NCBI RefSeq assembly: GCF_963921235.1
Contig: NC_086108.1
Location: 33,110,001-33,174,000, forward strand
Direction: 5' to 3'
Source: Mobula hypostoma
Lineage: Eukaryota
Length of the DNA: 64,000 nucleotides
In this document: piece by piece, positions 24,509-35,568 of the stretch
Position numbering within the stretch: the first letter of the stretch is position 1
Layout of the letters: each line of letters starts with the position of its first letter
Translations under genes and position numbers: made by a program
The notes under the pieces: model-generated
The model's input: the letters and a program-made list of their open reading frames with translations, nothing else
Told to the model about the DNA's origin: nothing
The model's database searches: none

Positions 24509-25233
24509 TGTAGCCCCCCGGTAAGCCTCAGGCTTGCTCAGCTCACTTTCGTCTAGGGGGAGCAGCCTTTGGCCCTGCCAAGCTGGGTAACCAAGTTTGT
24601 GTAGATGCTGTGTGATGTACCCCACCCCGCCAAATAACAGACAGTACACCATATGTGATTTACAGAATACAATTTATAGATCTTACTGGAACTATGTAAT
24701 TAATAGAGATACAATACAAAAGGAAAAGTAAAAGGCGCCAAACTTATCAGACTTCAACCACTTCGTGCACACAGTTGGAGCTCAATGAACAGTCTTCTTT
24801 CCACCATTCGATCTGCTCCGAACTCCTCGACCCGCTGCCTGGGACCAACCACGGTGATCGACCAGAAGCTCCACACGAGTCTGTCCTCGTCTCCTCTCCT
24901 CGCTAAAGACCCTGGGCCTCGGACTCCCGCTCGGGGTCCATTCCGTCGCCCAGCTTACAGCGTCACGTCTCCTCTCTCTGTCCCCATCACACATTCTGCC
25001 TCAAAGCCCGCGGAAACAATAGCTTACAGACACACAAGAAAGAATAACATCTATCCCAATTGGTTAGCAAATGAATACAATTCTCGTTATCAGTAATTAT
25101 AATCCAAACAAACTGCTAGAGAGAGAACGACTGTCTTAGCAATTAACATCACAGAGAAGCCATTTTATTCTAACATAACAAAGAAGCTATTTTATTAGCC
25201 TTAGCAGTAACATAAACGAAGAAACCCCTTACA
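24509..25233 (-). mobile_element. Solo LTR
   Basis: TG...CA termini (TGTAG.../...TTACA) with a perfect 4-bp TSD CCCG at 24505-24508 and 25234-25237. Confidence 0.85.
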
Positions 25234-26312
25234 CCCGCATTGTGTAGAAGGAGTGAAAGATGTTATTAACCTCTCTAGATCTAACAAAGATGCCTACCTT
25301 GTCAACCACTTGTCTTTATTCGATATTTAATCTCATATTAGAAGATACTTTCTGCTGCATTAATATGTAATGTTACTTGGCTATTAGCATTATAGCAATC
25401 ATTTCACTGAATGATTCCTTCTTGAAGGATAAAGCACTAGTGATCTTCATCAATATGCCAATACCTCATTACAGCACTGATTTACAGTGAAGATAGCAGC
25501 TGTGGGAGATCCCAATTTCTCTGGTCCCATTTTAGCATCGCTATTATTGACCACTATTGATCCTGGGAAGTGAAAATCTATACTTAAGGATGTGACTTCT
25601 CTCCTTCTCTTTCACTGCATTGTACGTTTGAGTCTACCTTCTCTACCATCATGGTGTGTTGGACTGTTAGCGCATCGAGCTTGGTTTGAAGTATTACCAT
25701 TAATCAATTTCAATCCCTTACAAAATTAGCCATTCGGAATTAAGAATTAAATAACTCATTCGTGAAGAAAATTGCAGGGGAAAGTTTTATTGATGAGGCT
25801 CAACAGTACAGGGAATTCTGTCCACTTTTCTAATGCAGTGAAAAGATCCTGATTACGTAACATCTCTGCTTTTCATCAGAAAAAATACAATACATCATTT
25901 GTTTTTTAATCTTATGGATGATGCTTCCACCTTTGTGGTTATTATCGTCTCAAAGATAGGGAGTGATTTCCCCGCTGTGACGTGTGGCTTTGCTGCATTT
26001 TACCATGGCTATTGACCAGTACTAGTACTCTACAAGCTGGAATGAGTTTTATGCAACCGAAGCAGTAGGGCTTGGTTAATTTTCCAGGATATATCAGCAT
26101 TTTTCACTCAGATATGTTGTTATATTTTCTCCAGGCAATACATTTTACATAATGGCTTGACTTCAAATAATTTTGAGAAGAAGATATTTTGAAAAGGAGA
26201 TGAGGTCATAATTTGTACTCAGCTTTAAATTTAAAGCAGAAGTTACAAGAATGTGTGTGTGTGTGCGTGTGTGTGGGGGGTGGTGTTTATTCACATGGAA
26301 ATTAGGAATATA

Positions 26313-26855
26313 CACTCAGTAGCCACTGTATTTGGTACACATGTACACTTGTTCATTAACGCAAATATCTAATCAGCCAATCATGTGACAGCAACTCAAT
26401 GCATAAAAGCATGCAGACATGGTCAAAAGGTTCAGTTGTTCAGACTGAACATCAGAATGGGGAAGAAAAGTGATCTAAATGACTTTGACCGTGGAATGGT
26501 TGTTGGTGCCAGAAGGGGTGATTTGAGTATCTCAGAAACTGCTGATCTGTTATGATTTTCATGCACAACAGTCTACAGAGTTTACAGAGAATGGTTCGAT
26601 AAACAAAAACCATTCAGTGAGTAGCAATTCTGTAGATGAAAACACCTTACTAATAAGCAAGGTTAGTGGAGAATGCCCAGACCTGTTCAAGATGACAGGA
26701 AGGTGACATTAACTCAAATAACCAAGCCTTACAACAATGGCGTGTAGTAGAGCACCACTGAATGCACAACACTTCGAACCTTGAAGTGGATGGGTTGCAG
26801 CAGCAGCAGATCACACAGTGTTCCAAGGTGTACCTAATAAAGTGGCCATGGAGTG
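26313..26855 (+). mobile_element. Internally deleted Tc1 transposon
   Basis: TIRs of about 28 bp (CACTCAGTAGCCACTGTATTTGGTACAC / GTGTACCTAATAAAGTGGCCATGGAGTG), TA flanks, and transposase N-terminus MGKKSDLNDFDRGMVVGARRGDLSISETADLL*. Confidence 0.9.
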
Positions 26856-26975
26856 TATATTATATAACATTTGCCTTATCTTCAATCAACTTTTAGTAAC
26901 TCTCAGGAATTCTCCACCTCAGGGAGTTCTCTGGCCCTCTTGAAATATTTAAGATAAGTTTCTGAAAGATCCAAT

Positions 26976-27587
26976 CACAAACAAGAGAAAATCGGCAGAT
27001 GCTGGATTTCCAATCATAAACATCTACACTCCACTCGCCAGAAAAAGCAGGATCTCCCAGTGGCCACTCATTTTAATTACACTTACCATTCCTATTCTGA
27101 TATGTCTGTCCATGGCCTCCTCTGCTGTCATGATGAGGCCACCCTCAGGGTGGAGGAGCAACACTTTATATTCCGTCTAGGTAGCCTCCAACCTGATAGC
27201 ATGAACATCCATTTCTCGAATTTCAGGTAATACCCCCTCCCCCCTTCAGAATTCCCTATTCCCATTTCCCTCTCTCACATTATCTCCTCTCTTGTCTATC
27301 GCCTCCTTCTTTCTTCCATGGCCTTCTGTCCTCTCTTATCAGATTCCCTTTTCTCCAGCCCTGTATCTCTTTCACCAATCAACTTCCCAGCTCTTTATTT
27401 TACCAATCCCTCCCTCTCCCGGTTTCACCTATCGCCTTGTGGTTCTTCCTCCCCCTCTTCCACTTTCTTCCTCTGACTCCTCATCTTTTTTTCCAAATTC
27501 TGATGAAAGGCCTTGGCCCGAAACATCGACTGTACTCATAGATGCTGCCTGGCCTGCTGAGTTCCTCCAGCATTTTGTGTGTGTTGT
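26976..27587 (+). mobile_element. Penelope-like element fragment (GIY-YIG C-terminus plus pLTR)
   Basis: 27018-27230 reads KHLHSTRQKKQDLPVATHFN...RVEEQHFIFRLGSLQPDSMN...*. A short, probably inverted pLTR-tail segment lies at the 5' end, and a hammerhead motif lies in the pLTR. Confidence 0.88.
27494..27533 (+). ncRNA. Minimal hammerhead ribozyme motif, partly decayed
   Basis: CUGAUGA-A-AGGC(CUUG)GCCC-GAAA-CAUC-GACUG. Confidence 0.55.
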
Positions 27588-28214
27588 TCATAAATACATT
27601 GTTGATTAAGCATTCTTTTTTGTTTAAATAATTCATTACTGGTCATACATAAAAGTAAGTGAATTGCATACATCATCACACTATCATGTGATATGTGCGT
27701 GCCTCACGTAAAGTGAAAATAGAGATAGACTCACATTCCAGACTCCCATGTCTTGCTTTGAATATTTTGAAATTACAAAACATACTATTGCCATCATGGT
27801 ATTTTTAAAATTAACCTGAGATAACTACTGACCTGTTGAAATGCATTGAGACATTCCATCTAAAAAAAAGTACAGTGAGGAGAGACGAGTAGACAACACA
27901 TCCCAGCATGCACAGAGACAGTCGAGTTAAAAAAAAAGGCTGAAAACAGAAGAATTCGTGTGTCCATAAAGAGTGGATACCGGATGATAATCATTATTTA
28001 AAAAAAGCAGAAATGGCTGACTACGTTGGAGAAATTGACGTGTTTGATTACACAAAAGATAACTGGAATGTTTATACTGAGCTAACCAAACACTATTTTG
28101 AAGCGAATGAAGTAGCCAATGAGAAACAAATACCATTTTTGCTGAGTGAATATGTCTTAAAGGCACACAGTAAGCTTGAAAGTAACTACTCCAACCAAAC
28201 CATCTGAAATGAGC

Positions 28215-28560
28215 TTCAAAAGGTTGTCAGAGAAAATGTATACAACATACAGCCTGAAATTTATGTTTTCTGTAATGCCCCAAAGAATGAATGACAGTTA
28301 AACATTAGAACTCCAAAGCCCTCCCCAGTTCCCCCATCCCACGCACAAACAGCAGTAGGGCAACGATCCCCACTACCAGCAAAAAAAGCATCAGTCCCCT
28401 CCAGTGAGCACTCAAGCATGTAGCAAGCATCAATAAAGACACAGGCTTGCAATTCCCCAAAAACCATTCATTCACCCGATAATTTGACATACCACAGGCT
28501 CTCTCTCTCTCTCTCTCTCTCCCCCTAATAAGGGGGGAAAAAAACAACCAACAAGCCATC
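28215..28560 (-). mobile_element. Probable non-autonomous LINE-tailed element inserted in the Gypsy relic
   Basis: Interrupts gag and pol remnants, contains (CT)n, and has a Rex1-like 3' end on the minus strand. Confidence 0.45.
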
Positions 28561-28840
28561 CTGGGCTTCTATGTGGTAAAAACAGGAGAAACTGCATTGT
28601 GGCGGTGTGATTAGCTGAGACAGCTACAACTCGATTGGTGATTCATTCACCATTTGCATGCCACATCCCTTGCAATGAAGCCAACTGAAAGTGAATTAAG
28701 GAAGGTACTAGATGATGCCACAGCAGTGTTCAAGGACGGCATTGGAAAACTTAAACATATCAAGGGTGAAATAGTGTTAAATGAAAATGCTGCACCTACA
28801 GTTTGCAGAGCCTGTCTGGTTCCTTCTACCATCCATGATA

Positions 28841-29560
28841 AGAACATGGAACATAGAACAGTACAGCACAGTACAGGTCCTTCACCCCACAATGTTGTGC
28901 CGACCCTTAAAACCTGCTTCCCATATAACCCCCACCTTAAATTCTTCCATAAACCTGTCTAGTAGTCTCTTAAACTTCACTAGTGTATCTGCCTCCACCA
29001 CTGACTCAGGCAGTGCATTCCATGCACCAAGCACTCTCTGAGTAAAAAACCTTCCTCTAATATCCCCCTTGAACTTCCCACCCCTTACGTTAAAGTCATG
29101 TCCTCTTGTATTGAGCAGTGGTGCCCTGGGGAAGAGGTGTTGGCTGTCCACTCTGTCTATTCCTCTTAATATCTTGTATACCTCTATCATGTCTCCTCTC
29201 ATCCTCCTTCTCTCCAAAGAGTAAAGTCCTAGCTCTCTTAATCTCTGATCATAATGCATACTCTCTAAACCAGGCAGCATCCTGGTAAGTCTCCTCTGTA
29301 CCCTTTCCAATGCTTCCACGTCCTTCCTATAGTGAGGTGAGCAGAACTGGACACAGTACTCCAAGTGTGGCCTAACCAGAGTTTTATAGAGCTGCATCAT
29401 TACCTCACGACTCTTAAACTCTGTCCCTCAACTTATGAAGGCTAACACCCCATAAGCTTTCTTAACTACCCTATCTACCTGTGAGGCAACTTTCAGGGAT
29501 CTGTGTACCCCCAGATCCCTCTGCTCCTCCACACTACCAAGTAACCTACCATTTACTTTG
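28841..29560 (-). mobile_element. CR1 3' fragment, relatively young
   Basis: Open 172-aa frame LYKTLVRPHLEYCVQF...NTRGH...FFTQRV; (TATGTTC)n-like tail. Confidence 0.92.
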
Positions 29561-30709
29561 TAAAGTAGCCAAATTCTGAAAATAGTGTTAAAAAAATTAG
29601 AAGATTATGGGCTCAGAGCATGATAAAACAAATATGAAACCTTTAAACCAAACCTCATTTACTGTGGTCACACTATTGATGCAGAAGGATTACACAAGTA
29701 TGCTGAGGGATTTCCAGTGGTGCTGGATGCATGTCACAGTTGCAATGCTTCTTAGGACTTGTCAGCTACAAGACAGCTTCCTGCCAAAACTAGCTACTGT
29801 GTTTTAGCCCTTGTACATATTGCTACAGATCGGGAATAGTAATGGAAAAGCAGGGTGAGCTGACTTTCAAAAAGGTAAAGGAAATGGTGACATCAGACAC
29901 TGTGCTCACACGTTATGATCTACATCATCCAGTAAAGCTTGCCTGTGATGACTCGCCTTATGGCATACAGTAGGTTCAGTTATCTCACATGTCACATCAC
30001 TCAGTGATGGAAATGAACACCCCTTAGCCTTTGCATCACATTATCTTACCACTGCAGAGCAAAATTATGCTCAGATTGATAAAGAGGCCTTGAGTCTGGT
30101 TTGGGGTGTAAAACGCTTTAAACAGTAGTTGTATAGGGGAGAGATCACTCTGGCTATTGATCATCAATCACCAGTGTCCATTTTCAATTCTTAGGCGAAT
30201 GCTCTAGTATCAACAGCAGCACAAATACAGAGATGGACTCTGTTTCTTGGTGGACACAATTACCAGACTGAATTCAAGAGGATGACCAATTTCGGAACTG
30301 CTAATGGGTTGTCCCATTTATCTTTCGAAAAGGACATACTGGAAACTCCAGTTCCCCAGTTGCTAGCGCAAGATGAACTTCCCCTTGATGGAGGTTGCCT
30401 TATGTGGGGATTGAGAGTTGTTGCACCATCCAAGCTGAGAGCTAAGGTGTTGGAGGAGCCTCATGCCAGCCATCTAGGCGTGGCTAAAATGAAAGCATTG
30501 GCTTGATGCTTTGTCCAGTGGCCTAGGATAGAGCAGATTGAAGCAGCTCGCCATACACTGTACAGGATGCCAACACGTCCAGAAGATGCCAAGAGCAGCA
30601 CCACTGCATTCCAGGGAATGGCCTGAAGAATTTGTGTGGACTTTGCCAAACCATTCGTTGGCACAAATTTCTTGGTAATAGTGGAAGCAGCTACAAAGTG
30701 GCCAGAATC

Positions 30710-31250
30710 ATGAAACACCCCGCCCCCCACCACCTTTTGCCTTCTCCAATTCAGCAGTCTGGTCCATCTCAGTGTATTGATAAGCTCTCCGGTATTACCA
30801 ACAAATCCAGCATGCCCAGAGTGAGTCATGTCTCCATGAAACGCAGAACACAGCAATTCCTCATTTCCCTCTGACACAGCAATCTTGCCCTTAGGACCTT
30901 AATCTTGTTCTCCAGTGACTGTACATTTGCTAACTAGATGCTGGGTTGAGGAAGTTTCACTCCTTGACATTTCAGCCTGGCTTGCAGTACTCTCCTCTTC
31001 CCTTTCTTCTGCGCGTGGCAATATTCTTTCATCTGCTTAAAGGTGCCGTACCTGCATGTTTGAGAGTTAAATCTTCCGAGATCTTCAGAAGATCATGAAA
31101 TTGCTAGTTCATTGAGGGTTCAAAAGTATGTTGCTTGAAGGGCAATTACGGGCTACAGATTGCAGTGAGAGTCATTCAGAAGAGGTATATTTAGAAGTTT
31201 TGGGAGCAGCCCACAACACATCGCCATGATTCACCAGCGCCATCTTGGCG
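30710..31250 (-). mobile_element. Rex1/Babar 5' fragment (5' UTR and APE N-terminus)
   Basis: Starts CAAGATGGCGCTG; the minus frame gives ...LQARLK...PSI*LANVQSLENKIKVLRARLLCQREMRNCCVLRFMET. Confidence 0.85.
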
Positions 31251-32080
31251 ACAGTTTTCAAAAATAATATTGGCACAGTCGTCAAAATAGAAGCTTCCTT
31301 TTGAAGCCTGCTATTTATTTTGCAGTGTCTTGCTTACTATGGGAAGAGGTCATTGCTAATTTTGAAACAGAGATTCAAACAGACTAAAATCTGTGAAACA
31401 GTAATGAAGACTGCTCAAAACCATTAAACCAGTGATGTTTCACTGAAACGAAATAATAGGACCTTTTATCTACTTAGTTATGACACCCACACTGCACCTT
31501 CGCTGTAACTTTAACACCTTATTCTGCATTCTGTTATCCCTTGAACTACCTCAATGCACTGTTGTAATGAAATGCTCAGCACGAACGCAGGCAAAACAAA
31601 TGCTTTCACTGTACTTTGGTAGATGTGATAATAATAAACAAATTCTTTTTGTGTTTCCAATTATTCCCACCCCATGCTGCAGAGTGTTTCTACAGCATTT
31701 TTAAGATCATTTGCTGCCTGTGTTTACAAGTGCTGTTCTAACCTTTTAAATATACTTCTTAATATACGGCAAATCTTTGTTGATTTTATTGAAGGCTCTT
31801 TTTGCACTGTCCATCACCACACACCAAACCCTTATTCTCATCCTCGGCCTATTAATTTCCATTTCCATTTACAGATGGTATTTCTCTCCATGTCCATAAA
31901 AGTACTTGCAGTTTTTATCCCCTCGTCCTAGTCAAGTCTGCAATTTAAAAAAAAATCAATGCCTGCGTATTTCAATATGGTTTTGTTGTTTAATGGCTCC
32001 CAACACTCTTTCATTCAGCTTGGTCCCTGGGGATCTATTCTGACCATTCACTGCCATTTTCTCTTGTAGCCTGTCAGAGT

Positions 32081-32186
32081 GAGAGAGAGAGAGAGAGAGA
32101 GAACAAGAGCGAGGGAGAGAGAGAGAGAGAACAAGAGCGAGCGAGAGAGAGAGAGAGAGAGAGAGAACAAGAGCGAGAGAGAGAGA
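32081..32186. repeat. Compound (GA)n microsatellite with three ACAAGAGC spacers, followed by a purine-rich tract to about 32560
   Basis: Seen directly in the sequence. Confidence 0.95.
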
Positions 32187-33811
32187 TAATGAGGACAAAA
32201 AGAGACTTGTAATGGAAAAAGAGATGGAGAGAGTTTGGAAATTATAGAGATTATCAAGGATCTGAACATAATGTAAGAGAAAATCATGAAAAAGAGAATA
32301 GATTTCAGGAGGATAGGGAAGCAGACATGTAGGAGCTTGAAGGGGAGAAAGTGCGTGTGTGTGAAAGACAGAGTGAGAGCAAAAGTGAGAGAGAGAAAAA
32401 AGAAATGGGAGTGATCAGGAGAGATACAGGTCTCAACAGAAGGCCATGATTTATGAAAAAGAGAGTGACAGACTGGAAAAAGCAAGACAGAAGTACTGGA
32501 AGATTGCAGTAACAGAATAGAAAAACAGACAAAGGTCAGAGTGAGAAGGAGATTCATCTTGAGTAACACTAAAGGGAAATTACAGCTGTAACAATAACTC
32601 TAGACATGTTTCTTGGATATCATCTGTCTCAGGAAATGCACTGACACATGGATGACAAGGTCCTCGGTGGGGACCTCTCACAGATGTCTATATGTAGGAT
32701 CCAGTGCGTTCATGCGAGGCAGGGCTCAAATTGCCCCACGGACTGAGGACCTATTGACAGTTTAATGCATCCATGCCCCTGGCTGCCTCAGCATGTGGTC
32801 ATTTTGCTTCAAGCTGCAAAATCAATACTGCATGATTTAGCTAAATTGGGTAAATCAAACAATAAAATCGTTAGTATCGCTGAAGGAACCACTAATGACA
32901 GCAAATGAAGCTCAGCAGGAGTGTTTGTCTGATCATACTCAGGAGAACGAGGGCTAAGATCCAAAGTGTAAAGATGTCATCCAAGATGAATAGAAAGGAT
33001 AAGATGAATGAAAAATCTGTGATTAAATAATGCCAAATTTGGACTTCCTTGCATATATTTCTTCTCGCATAATAAAGCAGAACTACTTCAATATTCATGA
33101 TTCTCTATTTTCATGGAATATGAATAAACCATGAATAGACGATTCTTCCCTGAGTGAAAGATACTATAAACTTGCTTCTATTTTTTGCTGAGAAGTGGTT
33201 CACCCGTGATGGAAGAGATAATGAAATCATTAAAAGAGGTGACAGACAAATCAGTGGATATATTTAATCATGCAACATGTAGCACAATTAATATTTTTAA
33301 ACAGTAATTTTTGATGCTAAGTATGTCACCTAGCCAACAAAATAGCAGAAAAAGAGCACAATGGGAAAACATGCTGTACAACTTGAGAGGATCCTGGAGA
33401 TGTTTTCCAATGTGAATTCCGAACAGGCAGGCACATCGCTTGAAACCTGCAGCGGTCCCTGTAGCCTGCCCAACCCGACCTTCCAACAACTAATACCAGG
33501 ATTTGAGGGAGGCAGCTGCTTAATCTTGATTTTCCAAAGATCTGTGAAGCTCCCTCGTCTTTTTTGAGCAGAGTGAAATACATTTCTTCTAAATAAGGAA
33601 TAAAACTAATAGGTTTTGATGGAATTTAAAGCTCTACTCCCTCAGTGACTACATTTGCCATTGATTAAACTTCCCTCCAGCTTGCTCCCATTTCTTTCAA
33701 GAATGTACTTCCAGCTTATCTCCAAGGAAGAAATGTCACATCTTGTCCACTCATCTCCCCTCAGCCCAGCATCCCCCAACATCTATTCCACCATCATAGC
33801 ACAGTTCAGTG

Positions 33812-34190
33812 CTGGTGCTGTGGTTAAGTTACCTGGCCAGTGGTCAAGATGCTTAGACTCACAATCCTATGATCTAAGTTCAACTCCTACCACAGAAGGA
33901 GTGGAGTTTAATTTCAGTTCACAAACTTGGAAATTAGAGCAACAACGGGTCTGAATAATAATGACCACATACACACAAAAAATTACCAGTTTATTGCAAG
34001 GATCTTCCTCGTTCACTCCTGCCCCTTGGGGAGGGAATGTGCAGTGCTGACCCAGTCTGGCATATATCTGGCTACAGGCACATTTCCCTCATATGATTTT
34101 GGTTAAAAATTAAAGATTAAGTGACCACGCATGATAATCAATTATCTCCACCCTGTCAAGAGGCAATTCAGTGCTGGCGTTCCCAGTGCT
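33812..34190 (+). mobile_element. Old tRNA-derived SINE
   Basis: A-box-like tggccagtggtc and B-box-like agttcaactcc with a decayed body. Confidence 0.45.
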
Positions 34191-34199
34191 GCCCAGATC

Positions 34200-34532
34200 A
34201 TTGGGTTACATAGCACTGAAACAGGGCCTTTGCCCACCAACGCCATACTGACCACAAATCTTATTATATTCTTCCCCACACTGCCATCAGTAGCTCCAAC
34301 CCTTCTCCACCCCCTCCAGATTCCACCTGCACATTAGGGGCATTAATAGTGGTCAATGAGCCTGCCAGCCGACACATCTTTGGCATATGCGTGGAAACTG
34401 GAGTACCTGGGAGCTTCTCACGTGGTTTCAGGGAGGGTGTACAAATCCCACACGCAGCTCCAGAGGTGACGGATCAACCTGCATTGTTGAAGGTACGATC
34501 CAGAAGCTCCACAGACTGTGCCACTCTGGTGC
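34200..34532 (-). mobile_element. Old V-SINE
   Basis: gtggaaactggagtacctgg V-domain and a CR1-like tail. Confidence 0.6.
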
Positions 34533-34604
34533 TCCTGAGGGATTAATTATTAGAAAAATGTAGGGTGTAGCCTGCCAGTGTTGGGGGAAAGGCAATCAGA
34601 AAGT

Positions 34605-35035
34605 GTAGACACAAGGGACTGCAGATGCAGGAACCTAGATTAACGCATAAAATGCTGGAGGAGCCCTGTGAGGAAGTGTAGCTGTTTTGCTAACTGAACA
34701 GCATTAGACTGGGACCTGGGTTGAAATAATACTTTAAACCTGAATGTTGGCATTTTGAAATGCTTGCTGTTTTCACTGTAGGATTCCTCATCCCAACAAA
34801 ATAAGCTACTTCAAGACAGAACTCCAACCAGGCATGAAGTTCAGACTGAAGACACGAGAGACTACAGAAGCGACACACTGGAGCGGAAAAATAAAATGAG
34901 CCTGAAGGAAATCAGCAGGTTAGGCAGCAATGAGGAGGCAAAGGGAGAGTCAGGTCACAACGATGCATCTTTTCTGATCCAGGGTCTCAAACAGAAACAC
35001 TGACTATTCCTTTTCCTCCACCAGTCTGTTTCTCT
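34605..35035. mobile_element. Decayed Penelope pLTR fragments in inverted arrangement
   Basis: acacaagggactgcagatgc...aaaatgctggagga and a decayed hammerhead ctgatccagggtctcaaacagaaac. Confidence 0.55.
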
Positions 35036-35287
35036 GAAGTACAGATTCATTGGTGAGTCCACATTGGCACCTTCAGTCTCAATGCAGTAAATATTACATC
35101 AGCCAAACTGGGAGAAAATTATCCACAAGGATCCATGAACATCAACTGGCTGTGAAGTAGCATGACTAACTCTCCCTAGTCTCTACCCATGAAGATTGAG
35201 GGGGGCACAAATTCAACTGGGCATCTGTAAAAGTCATGACACTGCGTGCAAGAGAGTTCCTAGAAATGTGACTTTCCACAAACAATT

Positions 35288-35376
35288 ACCCTAGGTAATT
35301 TCTAAGGTAAGGACATGTTCAGCACAGCTTTGTGGCCTGAAGGGCCTGTATTGTGCTATAGGGTTTCTATGTTTCT
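35288..35376 (+). mobile_element. CR1 3' tail only (about 90 bp)
   Basis: Near-identical to 61065-61155; flanked by an AATT duplication. Confidence 0.85.
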
Positions 35377-35568
35377 AATTCTGTCAACAGACATGTAGAC
35401 CTCAATCTTATTTATAAGCCAATGCAGGCAAAATTCCAGATCACAAAGCAAAGAGTTCGCCACACAACCAATCAGCAACGAGACCCCCCTCCCATGTCAC
35501 AATTGAGTTTCCATAACAACGACCAATCAGCTGGCTGATGAGCATATAAAGGCCAAGCAACCAGAGGA

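Larger units (their letters stand above)
27588..30708 (+). mobile_element. Decayed Ty3/Gypsy (Mag-clade-like) LTR retrotransposon with internal deletions
   Basis: Partial LTR homologous to 43618-43869; gag start MADYVGEIDVFD...HYFEAN; VFKDGIGKLKHIKGEI; RNase H KLACDDSPYG...NYAQIDKEALSLVWGVK; integrase HASHLGVAKMKALA...VDFAKPF. Confidence 0.85.

Noticed and set aside
30935..31055. Apparent terminal exon on the minus strand (cag|G YGTFKQMKEYCHAQKKGKRRVLQARLK...*)
   Set aside because: Reading past the stop gives LANVQSLENK...REMRNCCVL, the Rex1 endonuclease N-terminus, and it is homologous to the Rex1 5' region near 4050-4300.
31956..32569. Leu/Ser-rich minus-strand ORFs and a possible RE-repeat exon on the plus strand
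   Set aside because: These come from the (GA)n/(TC)n tract, and all plus-strand frames hit stops.
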